A model generated the notes under the pieces. The model was not told the origin of the DNA. It made no database searches and saw only the letters and a list, made by a program, of their open reading frames with translations. Below are positions 19,317 to 29,025 of a stretch of 64,000 nucleotides of DNA, piece by piece. Source of the DNA: Candidatus Nanoarchaeia archaeon (GTDB lineage: Archaea; Nanobdellota; Nanobdellia; SCGC-AAA011-G17; JACPNG01); the NCBI GenBank assembly GCA_030745695.1, contig JASLOB010000001.1, positions 936-64,935 of the forward strand. Direction: 5' to 3'. The position numbers and the translations under genes were made by a program. Numbering within the stretch: the stretch's first letter is position 1; each line of letters opens with the position of its first letter.

Positions 19317-19721
19317 ATGGAGTTGATAACAAAAAAATATTTTAAAATAGAAGAAGCTAACTCTTTAATCCCAAAACTTTCTAAAATACTAATTCAAATA
19401 ATGAAAATTAATAACCATCTTAGTATGATCAATTCCATTTCAGTTGATTATGAAGATGAATTAAAATCAATTAAAAATGATATTTCTGTGAATAAAAATT
19501 TTCATAGATTATACTATAATTTATACAAAAAGATAGAAATGCTTACTAATCTAGGTTGTATTGTAAAAGATGCAGATTTGGGCATAGTTGATTTTTATTC
19601 TATGTTAGAAGGAAGAGAGATCTTATTATGTTGGAAGTTAGGTGAAAAAGAGATTAAATTTTGGCATTATGCTGATGAAAGTTATGCTGGAAGAAAATCT
19701 ATTGATATGTTAAAAGAATAA
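19317..19721 (+). CDS. DUF2203-like protein
   Basis: F.IEEAN.LIP, VKD.D.G.VDF, LCWK.GE..I.FWH, GRK. Confidence 0.85.
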   Translation: MELITKKYFKIEEANSLIPKLSKILIQIMKINNHLSMINSISVDYEDELKSIKNDISVNKNFHRLYYNLYKKIEMLTNLGCIVKDADLGIVDFYSMLEGREILLCWKLGEKEIKFWHYADESYAGRKSIDMLKE

Positions 19722-19723
19722 AA

Positions 19724-21628
19724 TTATTTTAATCTTACACTTTCTAAATTTCTAGGAGCTTCAGTCTCAATTTTGTTTATTTTATGTAAAGAACTAGCTA
19801 AATCTAAACATTTAGAACTTTCTCCATGTAATGTTAAAACTCTTCTTGGTTTTGGATCCATATTTTTTATATAGCTTAATAATTGATTTCTAGAACTATG
19901 TCCAGAGAATCCACTAATCATATGTACATCCATTTTTATACTAATTATTTCAGGTTTTTCAGCTGATCCAAAATTTATTTCTCTATCTCCATTAATCACT
20001 CTTCTACCAAAAGTTCCATCTACTTGATAACATGTTAAAATCAAACTATGTTTAGGATTTCCACCTAATTGTCTAAAATATTCTTTAGAAGCCCCACCAT
20101 TCATCATACCAGATGTTGCAAAGATTATGCATGGCTCACCTTTATCAATAATTTGTTGTTGTTCTTTTTGAGATCCAACTTTTTTGAATATATCACTTAA
20201 AAATGGATTTTCATCTCTATGAAAAATATTTCTTTTAACTTTAGGATTAAAAAAATCAGGATAAGTTGTATGAATTGCTGTTACATCCCAAACAATACCT
20301 TGAACATAAATTGGGATCTTTGGAATTAAATTTTCCCTCATAGCTCTCTCTAATATCAACATCATTTCTTGGGATCTTCCTACACCTAAAACTGGCATTA
20401 AAACCTTGCCTTTTCTATCGATTGTTGTTTTAATTGTTTTTAGTAAATACTCTTCACATTCCTTTCTTGTAGGATTCATATCATCTCTACCACCATAAGT
20501 TGCTTCCATAATAATACTTTCAACTCTTGGAAATCTATTAACAGCAGATGCTAATAAATTTGTGTTTTCATATAAAAAGTCCCCAGTATAAACTAAATTA
20601 TGTAATCCATTTCCAATATGCAAATGAGAAATGACACTTCCCAATGTATGTCCTGAATTGTAGAATGTTAATCTAATATCAGGAGTTATATCAGTTACTT
20701 CTTCATAATTCAAACATATTGTATGTTTAACCATATTTTTGACATCTGTACTTGAGTATAAAGAATCTTGAGCTTCTTTTTGAGCAATCCCTACAAAATC
20801 TAGAGCCATTAAAGAAGTTATATCTCTACAAGGTGCTGTACAATAAACAGGGCCTTCATAACCCATCTTATATAAATAAGGAACTAACGCACTATGGTCT
20901 AGATGACTATGAGACAATACAACTGCATCTATATCGTTAATATTAAACTCAGGGGCATCGAAAAATGGAACTGATTCTTGATCATTTATATTTCTACCTG
21001 GATGAATACCACAATCTAATAACACTCTTGATTCAGGAGTTTGTAATAATAAACAACTTCTACCAACTTGTCTTCCTGCTCCTAAATAAGTAATCCTTAC
21101 CCATTCATGCTTTTTATCTTTAGTCCATCCACCATAAATTCTTTTACCAATTTTATGGAGAAATTTTCTTCTAAAATCACTATTCTCATAAAGAACATGT
21201 CTTATATTTTCTATTAATTTTGATTTAATTGCAGGAGTTCTTTGAATAAATGGCACCCATAAAGTTTGTTTCTTAACCTCTTTTAATAATTCTCCTTGTT
21301 TTCCAATAGCTAACCCAGGTTTTTCTGCTTCTATTATCACTCTTGATCTTTGAGAATCAAAGATAATATTAGCTATTCCTGCATCTTTTGGAAGTATAGA
21401 TTCAATAACTTCTTTTGCTTTTTCTGGATCTAAACAAATACTTGGATCAGGTCTTAACTCAACTCTTTTTTTGATATCATCTACTATCTTCTTTATTACT
21501 CCATTACTATCAAAAAAGAAATCTTTATTTTTTGTATAGATAACTATGTTAGCTCCTTCAAAAACAGTATCGCTTATGTTAGCGTTATCTGGAATATACT
21601 TTAATATCTCTTGTAATATATCTGCCAT
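19724..21628 (-). CDS. fttA: beta-CASP ribonuclease aCPSF1 (FttA)
   Basis: KH domains, SHSHLDH, GH.LGS, FSGHS, HGE. Confidence 0.96.
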   Translation of the reverse strand: MADILQEILKYIPDNANISDTVFEGANIVIYTKNKDFFFDSNGVIKKIVDDIKKRVELRPDPSICLDPEKAKEVIESILPKDAGIANIIFDSQRSRVIIEAEKPGLAIGKQGELLKEVKKQTLWVPFIQRTPAIKSKLIENIRHVLYENSDFRRKFLHKIGKRIYGGWTKDKKHEWVRITYLGAGRQVGRSCLLLQTPESRVLLDCGIHPGRNINDQESVPFFDAPEFNINDIDAVVLSHSHLDHSALVPYLYKMGYEGPVYCTAPCRDITSLMALDFVGIAQKEAQDSLYSSTDVKNMVKHTICLNYEEVTDITPDIRLTFYNSGHTLGSVISHLHIGNGLHNLVYTGDFLYENTNLLASAVNRFPRVESIIMEATYGGRDDMNPTRKECEEYLLKTIKTTIDRKGKVLMPVLGVGRSQEMMLILERAMRENLIPKIPIYVQGIVWDVTAIHTTYPDFFNPKVKRNIFHRDENPFLSDIFKKVGSQKEQQQIIDKGEPCIIFATSGMMNGGASKEYFRQLGGNPKHSLILTCYQVDGTFGRRVINGDREINFGSAEKPEIISIKMDVHMISGFSGHSSRNQLLSYIKNMDPKPRRVLTLHGESSKCLDLASSLHKINKIETEAPRNLESVRLK

Positions 21629-21652
21629 TTTTCTTAATCTTGAGAATTACTT

Positions 21653-22288
21653 CTACATTGAGATGCTCATATTAACTTCTTTTGCTAAAACTTTTTTTAC
21701 TCCGTCTTTTGTTATGGTATAAACATCTATTCCATTTCCTGATGCTGTATCTCTTTGTATGGATGCACTAATAGATTTAACAGCTAGTTTAACACCTTCA
21801 TTAATTGAAATATCTTTTTTATAATTAGCTTCTAGAACTCCCATTGCATACATCATACCTGAACCATCTGTTACATAATCATCATGCATCAATATACTTC
21901 CATCTGGACCTAATTCATATAGGTATGTTCCTTCTTCATCTTTTCCACCTAAAAGAAAAGCAACAATTCCTGGAAAAAATTGTCTAATGTGAGAATATAA
22001 TAAAGAACCTGTCATATTTGCAACTTCTTTTACTTTTAATTTTTTATTTCTTCTAAGTTCTATTAATCTAATTTGTGCTTTTATTATTTTAGTTAATAAT
22101 TGAATATCTGACACTGAACCTGCCCATGTTACTGCCATTTCATTATTTAATTTAGCTATCTTTTGTGTTTTTTTATGAGCGACTATCCTTCCACCTAATG
22201 TAGCTCTTCTATCTGCAGCTAGCACTACTCCTTCTTTACACACCATTCCTAATGTTGTTGTTCCAGACTGTAATGTTTCTTTTGTCAT
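21653..22288 (-). CDS. psmB: proteasome beta subunit
   Basis: G|TTT propeptide site, AADRRAT, GSG, RDTASG; likely start MTKETLQ. Confidence 0.95.
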   Translation of the reverse strand: MTKETLQSGTTTLGMVCKEGVVLAADRRATLGGRIVAHKKTQKIAKLNNEMAVTWAGSVSDIQLLTKIIKAQIRLIELRRNKKLKVKEVANMTGSLLYSHIRQFFPGIVAFLLGGKDEEGTYLYELGPDGSILMHDDYVTDGSGMMYAMGVLEANYKKDISINEGVKLAVKSISASIQRDTASGNGIDVYTITKDGVKKVLAKEVNMSISM

Positions 22289-22358
22289 GTTATCAGAACC
22301 AGTTATTCTAACTGGATTTAATATGTTTATAAATCTTTCCATTCATTCAAATTTAAAA

Positions 22359-22811
22359 TTAAGATAAAGTAAAATAATGTTTTGTAAAATCCCTTATTTC
22401 ATAATCAAATAATTTAATGTAATAAACTCCTTCTTCCCAACTTGGCCATGTTTTATATCTCTCTGAGACTTTTGTTCTACAATTAAAACTGCTACATTGC
22501 ATATATGCTCTTATATGACATCTATCTCCATCATCACATATCCTATATTTTTTGTTTACTCCAAATTTACTTGGTGTAATCTCAAACTCAACATATGATC
22601 CTGGAGTTAAAACTTCTTTAGCAAATATAACTTTTGTTGAAGGTTTTTTTTCTTTAACAACTGTTCCAGTAATACTTCCAAAATTTGCAATAACTAATGC
22701 AATCGCTAATATAACAAGAATTGCTAAAACTAATGTTTTAGTTTCATTATTCAAAGTAGGTACCTTTTTTAACAACTTTTTTTCTAGGCATACTATTACC
22801 ATCAAATTCAA
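22359..22811 (-). CDS. membrane-anchored exported protein (start uncertain)
   Basis: N-terminal TM helix followed by an ITG motif; Cys pairs. Confidence 0.65.
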   Translation of the reverse strand: MNLMVIVCLEKKLLKKVPTLNNETKTLVLAILVILAIALVIANFGSITGTVVKEKKPSTKVIFAKEVLTPGSYVEFEITPSKFGVNKKYRICDDGDRCHIRAYMQCSSFNCRTKVSERYKTWPSWEEGVYYIKLFDYEIRDFTKHYFTLS

Positions 22812-24020
22812 CTATTTAAACTTTACTAATTTAACCATATCCTTAATATGTTTATCATTTTTTATTAAATATTTAATAAATTTCTCAGGATCAATAAACT
22901 TTCTTTTTATGATTACATAAGCATACTTATTTTTTATTTTATAATTTTTCCATTTTTTTCTGAAATTTTCTATAGCTACTATATTTTTTATTGGTGGACC
23001 TTTATGCTCTTTATTTTTTGATAATGATTTTTTGTCTAAGATATAATAAAAAATAGCTTTTTCATTCCATGCCCAATCATATTTTGATAATTTAAAGTCA
23101 TTTGATTTTAGTTTCATGGCAATATAATTTAAAGTTTTTAGGAGTTTTGCTCCAACAACATCTTTTTTTCCTTTTAATGGATCTACTTCTAAAATTACAA
23201 GTTTTTTATTTTTATATTTATTTTTTAATAAATCTAAACTAAATTCTTTTTTTTCAAAATGTTTGATGGAAGGTTTTTTGATATAAGATTTAGATGCTTT
23301 TATTAATTTGTTATAATTTTCAATATTTAAAGCAGATGCAGCATTTCTATTTGGATCTACAGGATCTATTAAGATTAATGGAGATTCTTTTTTTGATTTA
23401 TTCAATTTTTTGATTAGATCTTTATTTCCAATATATTGTTTATCTTTCCACTTAGAAACATTTTTTATAAAACTATTAAAATTGCCATACTTAACAGTTA
23501 ATATCTCTAGGACATATCCAGAAAAACCTCTAATATAACTTTCAGCCCCATAACAATCTTGTGCTTTACAAAATGATTTAACTAATCTTATTTGATCTCC
23601 TTTTTTATGTTTTTTAACAAATTTAACATGAAAAGGACTTATGTCTGTTATATTTTTAGCTTCACTTACTTTTTTTATATTTAATATAGGAATAACCTCA
23701 ATTGTAAATCCTTTTTGTTTTAATTGAAAATAATCCCTACTTCCATGTAATCTAATAATTTTAAAATTATTTTTTAATGATTTTTCTAATATTGAAGAGA
23801 TATCTTTATTATTATAATTCTTAAAATCGAATTTAACATAGACATCAATATCATTTGTATTACTTAACCATGTATCTTTAGCTCCAGATCCCCCTAATTC
23901 TACTTTAGCTTTACTTATTTTAATCTTGTTAACAATATTATCTAAGATAATATTAACTTTAGAAATTTCTTCTTTAGATGGTTTTATTTTTTTTAATACT
24001 TCATCAAGCAATTTATTCAT
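22812..24020 (-). CDS. cca: archaeal class I CCA-adding enzyme
   Basis: GGSGAKDTWL..DIDV, YGAESYIRGFSGY, DPVDPNRNAA, GPP. Confidence 0.93.
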   Translation of the reverse strand: MNKLLDEVLKKIKPSKEEISKVNIILDNIVNKIKISKAKVELGGSGAKDTWLSNTNDIDVYVKFDFKNYNNKDISSILEKSLKNNFKIIRLHGSRDYFQLKQKGFTIEVIPILNIKKVSEAKNITDISPFHVKFVKKHKKGDQIRLVKSFCKAQDCYGAESYIRGFSGYVLEILTVKYGNFNSFIKNVSKWKDKQYIGNKDLIKKLNKSKKESPLILIDPVDPNRNAASALNIENYNKLIKASKSYIKKPSIKHFEKKEFSLDLLKNKYKNKKLVILEVDPLKGKKDVVGAKLLKTLNYIAMKLKSNDFKLSKYDWAWNEKAIFYYILDKKSLSKNKEHKGPPIKNIVAIENFRKKWKNYKIKNKYAYVIIKRKFIDPEKFIKYLIKNDKHIKDMVKLVKFK

Positions 24021-24077
24021 AATAGAATCGAAACATTAATAAGAATAAATAGGTTTCTATATCAAAAAAGAGGTAAT

Positions 24078-25277
24078 ATGACATCACAACTAACAACTCT
24101 ATCTTTATTATCATTTATTATATTAGCAGGGATAATCATAACATTGATAGCTAATAAAATAAAAATTCCTTCTTTATTATTACTAATACTAACTGGATTA
24201 GGGTTGGGATTTACTAATTTATTTACTTTTGATCAAGATTTTATTACAAGCTTCGCAATTTTTGCATTAATAATGATTTTATTTGATTCAACATCTCAAT
24301 TTAAAGTTAAAGAAATATATCAATTTTCTCCTCCAGCATTAAAATTGGCATTTACTTTTTTATTACTTAGCATGATAATCATTACATTGGGTGCCCATGT
24401 ATTATTTGCTAAGGTTATCTTTAGTGTTAGATCTTTAGTCATAAGTGCTATATTTGGGGCATTGATGGCAGGAACATCTCCTGAAATAATATTATCTATA
24501 TTTAAGGATAAAAAAGAAAAAATAGCAGAAATTTTACGATTTGAGTCTATAATTAACACTCCTTTAACTGTGTTAATTCCATTTATTGCTCTAGATTTTT
24601 ATTTTGGAGTATTAAGTGCTAATGTTTTAGCTGTAAAATTCTTACAAGGAATCATGACAGGAGTAGGAACAGGATTTTTGATTGGAATAATAGTTTTTTC
24701 TTTAATGAAAAAAACTTATCAAGAATTATTATCTCCTTTAGTTGTTATTGCTACAGCATTATTAACTTATACCTTATCAGAAAATATTGGAGGAAATGGA
24801 ATATTAGCTGTAACTACATTTGGAATAGTTTTTGGAGTTATAAGTGTAAGAAATAAAGATCAAATACAACATTTTTCTTCAATATTTACAAATTTCTTAA
24901 AGATAATTGTGTTTATTTTATTAGGGTTAGTAATAAAGATCCCATTGGATGTTAATTTTTTAATTAAATCTTTAATATTATTCTTATTATATCTCTTAGT
25001 AAGATATTTAGCTGTAAGTATTGTTTTTTATAGTGTTAATATAAAACTTAAAGAAAAGATATTCATGACATTAAACTCTGCTAAAGGTGTTGCTGTTGCT
25101 ACAATGATTTTTTTCTTAGGTTCTTATAGTATCCAAGGATTAGATAAAGTAATAAATTTATCCTTCTTATTTTTATTGTATACAATAATCTTATCCTCAA
25201 TAACAGCTAGATTTTCTCATAAATTTGTTGTATTTAGAAAAAATGTTTTGAAGAAAAAAGATTTGAGTAAAGGATAA
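24078..25277 (+). CDS. CPA1/NhaP-type cation:proton antiporter
   Basis: Polytopic; AGTSP, FESIIN, GNGILAV, KG.A.A motifs. Confidence 0.85.
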   Translation: MTSQLTTLSLLSFIILAGIIITLIANKIKIPSLLLLILTGLGLGFTNLFTFDQDFITSFAIFALIMILFDSTSQFKVKEIYQFSPPALKLAFTFLLLSMIIITLGAHVLFAKVIFSVRSLVISAIFGALMAGTSPEIILSIFKDKKEKIAEILRFESIINTPLTVLIPFIALDFYFGVLSANVLAVKFLQGIMTGVGTGFLIGIIVFSLMKKTYQELLSPLVVIATALLTYTLSENIGGNGILAVTTFGIVFGVISVRNKDQIQHFSSIFTNFLKIIVFILLGLVIKIPLDVNFLIKSLILFLLYLLVRYLAVSIVFYSVNIKLKEKIFMTLNSAKGVAVATMIFFLGSYSIQGLDKVINLSFLFLLYTIILSSITARFSHKFVVFRKNVLKKKDLSKG

Positions 25278-26168
25278 TTATTCTTTAGTTATTTTAGCAA
25301 CAAAAAATCCTTCTGTATCATTATCTTGAGGCCAAATCCTTAAACATTTTTTAATTTCTTCATTATACTTTTTATTTTCAAATTCTAATATAGCAGGACT
25401 TCTTTTGATATCTAAATTAATTTTTTCAAGTTTAGCATCATCATACTTTTCTAATAAAGAATTTATCACACCTTCATTTTCTTCAGGTTCTAAAGTACAA
25501 GTAGAATAAACTAAAGTTCCTTTTTGTTTTAGAATATTAAATGCAGTAAATAATAATTGTCTTTGTATTCCTGCTATCCTCTTAATAGCATTTGGATTCC
25601 ATATTAATGGAGTATTAGGAGATTTTCTTATAGTTCCTATTCCAGAACAAGGAGCATCAACTAAAATTTTGTCAAATTCTTGTTTGAAGAACCTTCCTTC
25701 CATTTTAGTCATTATTACATTAGAAACTCCACATCTTTGTAGGTTGATAGATAATGGTTTTAATCTATTAATATTGATATCATTAGCTACAATCAATCCT
25801 TTATTTTTCATTAATGAAGATAATTGTGTTGTTTTTGAACCTGGAGAAGCACACATATCTAAAACAATTTCATCCTTAGGATCTAAGACTATAGGAGGGA
25901 TCATAGAAGCAGCTTCTTGTAAATAAATATAACCTAAAAAATGTTCTAATGTATTTCCAATAACTTGTCCTTTTAACCAAAACCCTTCTTTACACCAAGG
26001 AATTTTCTCTAAATTGTGATCTTTAAATCTAGATTTAATTTCTTTTACATTAGTTTTTAATGTATTAACTCTTAGAGATTTTCTTAAAGGTTTGGAAGAG
26101 ATATCTACAAATTCATCTAGATCTGTTAGTTTTTCATATCTATCTAAAAATTTTTGTTTCCATTCCAT
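25278..26168 (-). CDS. RsmB/NOP2-family RNA m5C methyltransferase
   Basis: DMCASPGSKT, DAPCSG, YSTCT, GFFVA. Confidence 0.95.
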   Translation of the reverse strand: MEWKQKFLDRYEKLTDLDEFVDISSKPLRKSLRVNTLKTNVKEIKSRFKDHNLEKIPWCKEGFWLKGQVIGNTLEHFLGYIYLQEAASMIPPIVLDPKDEIVLDMCASPGSKTTQLSSLMKNKGLIVANDININRLKPLSINLQRCGVSNVIMTKMEGRFFKQEFDKILVDAPCSGIGTIRKSPNTPLIWNPNAIKRIAGIQRQLLFTAFNILKQKGTLVYSTCTLEPEENEGVINSLLEKYDDAKLEKINLDIKRSPAILEFENKKYNEEIKKCLRIWPQDNDTEGFFVAKITKE

Positions 26169-26217
26169 ATTCCATTAAACAGATAAAGATTTAAATAATT
26201 TATGAATAATAATGTAG

Positions 26218-27186
26218 ATGAAGTCTGAATTTAACAGAGGATACACAGTTTATAAAGATGGGAAAAAAGAGCCATTTATAGTTGCTCCACATTCTGGACC
26301 AGCATTAGATGTTGTAACTTCTAGAGATGATCATTCTGAGACAGTAGCTAGTTTATGTTGGAAAAGACTAGGTGGGAGGTTGATTGTTAGTAGTATGCCA
26401 AGAGAAAGGTTATGGGGAATTGATTTTAATAGGGATATTCCAAAACTAAAAGACGCTTTAGATCATTTTAACATTTTTTTGAATAAAGAAGATGTTAATA
26501 AAAGATATTCATATATGAAAAAATATGGATGGGTAGCTAAAGATGAAAATGATTATGAAAAAAGATTAAAAATTTATCAAAGTTTTTGGGATGATGTTAG
26601 TAAAGGAGAATGTATAATCATAGTCCATAAAGCTTTTCCTAAAGTAAAATTTATTCCTAGTATAATGGATATCACAACATTTAGTGGAGAAAAAATAAAA
26701 AATAAATTAGTCAAAGAGATTGTTGAAGAGATAAATGGAAAATATTATTATTTTTTAGATAAAATTACAGATGATTATAAAGATGCTATAATCTATGAAT
26801 CAAAAAGAATGATATTAAACATATTAAGGATATATAAAACATTAAACTATGATAAAATTGGAGCCATATTTAGAGATAGTTTAAAAAAAGATTTAGAAAA
26901 AATTAATTTTTATGGAGACAAAATAGCTAAAAGAAGAATTAATGATAATTTAACTCCACATAATTATTTAGAGGGAGTAAAAAATGCATTAGAAAATATG
27001 CCTACCCCACAAGTAACTTTTGAAAATGCTTTTTTTGGAGATACTTCATTTGGTCCTAAAAGAAAATTATCTCCTTTAAAAAATAAAACAATAATACAAG
27101 TTGAAGGATCTGGATTTTTGAACTTTTGGCACCCACATATAGCTGCTGAAATGATTAAAGATATTTATGAAATGTTAAAAGAATAA
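26218..27186 (+). CDS. N-formylglutamate amidohydrolase-like protein
   Basis: APHSG, DFNR, VH, IQVE. Confidence 0.55.
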   Translation: MKSEFNRGYTVYKDGKKEPFIVAPHSGPALDVVTSRDDHSETVASLCWKRLGGRLIVSSMPRERLWGIDFNRDIPKLKDALDHFNIFLNKEDVNKRYSYMKKYGWVAKDENDYEKRLKIYQSFWDDVSKGECIIIVHKAFPKVKFIPSIMDITTFSGEKIKNKLVKEIVEEINGKYYYFLDKITDDYKDAIIYESKRMILNILRIYKTLNYDKIGAIFRDSLKKDLEKINFYGDKIAKRRINDNLTPHNYLEGVKNALENMPTPQVTFENAFFGDTSFGPKRKLSPLKNKTIIQVEGSGFLNFWHPHIAAEMIKDIYEMLKE

Positions 27187-27187
27187 A

Positions 27188-27260
27188 TGCGATGGCCGGG
27201 ATTTGAACCCGGGTCACAACGTTGGCAACGTCATATTCTAGGCCACTAAACTACCATCGC
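27188..27260 (-). tRNA. tRNA-Gly(GCC)
   Basis: GCGATGG acceptor, loop TT-GCC-AA, GGTTCAAATCC; CCA not encoded. Confidence 0.96.
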
Positions 27261-27313
27261 TTAATGCTAGTTTCATCGAAAATTATTTAAATATATTCTT
27301 ATTTTAATTTATT

Positions 27314-27733
27314 ATGTTTAATAGATCCTCTAGAAACTGTGAAAACTATCTTTACTTTGTATTTAGAGTGGTAATTGGATTAATGTTCATGCAACATAGT
27401 ATACAAAAACTTTTTGGAATGTTGGGTGGAAATTCTGTAGAGTTGTTTAGTTTATTTTGGTTTGCTGGAATAATTGAATTTTTTGGAGGGTTATCAATAG
27501 CTTTAGGATTGTTTACAAAAATAGTTGCATCAATTGCTGCTTTAGAAATGCTAGTAGCTTACTTTTATGCCCATGTTGGAATTTTAGATATTTTTACAAA
27601 AAAACTTCAATATATCCCAATATTAAATGGAGGAGAGCTAGCTTTACTTTATTTTGCTGCATTTTTAGTTTTAGCAATATACGGAGCTAAGAAATGGTCT
27701 TTAGATATAATATTATCTAAAAGAAATTTTTAA
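27314..27733 (+). CDS. DoxX-family membrane protein
   Basis: FR...G..F..H..QKLFG, GIIEF.GG, NGGELA.LY. Confidence 0.9.
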   Translation: MFNRSSRNCENYLYFVFRVVIGLMFMQHSIQKLFGMLGGNSVELFSLFWFAGIIEFFGGLSIALGLFTKIVASIAALEMLVAYFYAHVGILDIFTKKLQYIPILNGGELALLYFAAFLVLAIYGAKKWSLDIILSKRNF

Positions 27734-28644
27734 ATATTTAATTCTCTTTTTATTATAAATCTAGAACTTACAACTCCTGATCCAAGATTTGCTTGAATTC
27801 TAAATTCGTTATATCTTACATTTAATATTGGATTGCTAGAATTTATTTCTGTATTTGTTTTTTCTGCAAATTTATTGATTAAAGAATTTAATCCTTCATT
27901 ATTACTAAATATAACATTAGTTTCCATTCTTTCATTTTGATAATCAACTAATATAGGTTTGTTTACCCCTTCACAAATGATAGAATTTAAGTTATGATCA
28001 TGAAATAAAGGATCAATTTTACTAAAATTATCTAAATCTCTATATAGATAATATTTGACATCTTGTAAAACTTCTTCTTTATACCCCATTTTTGTTTTTC
28101 TAGAAGCTTTTTTTATTCTTTTTAGAATTAGTTTATCATCCTTCAATACTTCTTTATCTTTCTTATATTTTTTGATGATGTATTCTTTTACTAACTTTAA
28201 CATATTCATATTTATTGAAGGTTCTATTAATTTATAGTGATACTTTCCTATCTCTTTAGATATAACAGCTCTGGCTAATACTTTTTTATCAGAAAGTAAT
28301 AAAGTATAAGAAGATTCTAAACTTTTTTCTGGGGTTTTAATTGGAGTTGGAGTTTTTAATGTTGGTTCATTTCTAATATCAGGAATTTGTTGTTTTATTG
28401 TTTGATGGGCTATAGGTCTTATTAATCTTTGAACTTTTTCAGTTGAAATTGCTTTTTGTCTTAGTTTTTCTTCACTTTTTTGATGCAGGGTTTTATATCC
28501 TAAAAATAATGCCCTTAGAAATCTTTCTCCAATTTTAGCCTCTTTTTCTTTAGCTACATTCTTATGAAGCAACCCGACTATATCATTTAACTCATCAGAA
28601 TCTGCTTTATGAGGAAAATCTTCTCTTATGAATTTAAGATCCAT
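27730..28644 (-). CDS. protein resembling only the N-terminal domain of FlaI/VirB11-type secretion ATPases
   Basis: Y.LIEP, YYLYRD...KIDPL..D.....I.C.G, TNV.F, IS...PIL; no Walker A. Confidence 0.7.
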   Translation of the reverse strand: MDLKFIREDFPHKADSDELNDIVGLLHKNVAKEKEAKIGERFLRALFLGYKTLHQKSEEKLRQKAISTEKVQRLIRPIAHQTIKQQIPDIRNEPTLKTPTPIKTPEKSLESSYTLLLSDKKVLARAVISKEIGKYHYKLIEPSINMNMLKLVKEYIIKKYKKDKEVLKDDKLILKRIKKASRKTKMGYKEEVLQDVKYYLYRDLDNFSKIDPLFHDHNLNSIICEGVNKPILVDYQNERMETNVIFSNNEGLNSLINKFAEKTNTEINSSNPILNVRYNEFRIQANLGSGVVSSRFIIKRELNI

Positions 28645-28645
28645 T

Positions 28646-28984
28646 TTAGAATCCTTCTTTATGTAATGGCTTTGGTGGTGGGAAATTACTCATACCTGTT
28701 TTTTCTTTTACATATCTTTCTAATAAAATTAAACCTCTTGCTATATTCTTATTTTGTTCTAACAACTCTTCTAGTCTTTTTGCAATTGGTTCATCTAATC
28801 CAGATTTAATATGTTTAGATGCTTCTTCAAACACACTAACCATATCATCTAATCTTTTAACAAGTTTATTTACAACCAATAATAATTCTACAGTTTTATC
28901 TTGTAATGCTACACTACTACTTACTAATTGTTTTGATACACTATCAGAAGTTTTGGTTGTCTTTTTTTCTCCTTTTTTTGGCAT
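28646..28984 (-). CDS. hypothetical coiled-coil protein
   Basis: LLEQNKNIARGL.LLE; Pro-rich tail. Confidence 0.65.
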   Translation of the reverse strand: MPKKGEKKTTKTSDSVSKQLVSSSVALQDKTVELLLVVNKLVKRLDDMVSVFEEASKHIKSGLDEPIAKRLEELLEQNKNIARGLILLERYVKEKTGMSNFPPPKPLHKEGF

Positions 28985-29025
28985 AATATAAAAGGATTAT
29001 TCTAATATAAAAATGTTGCTATATC

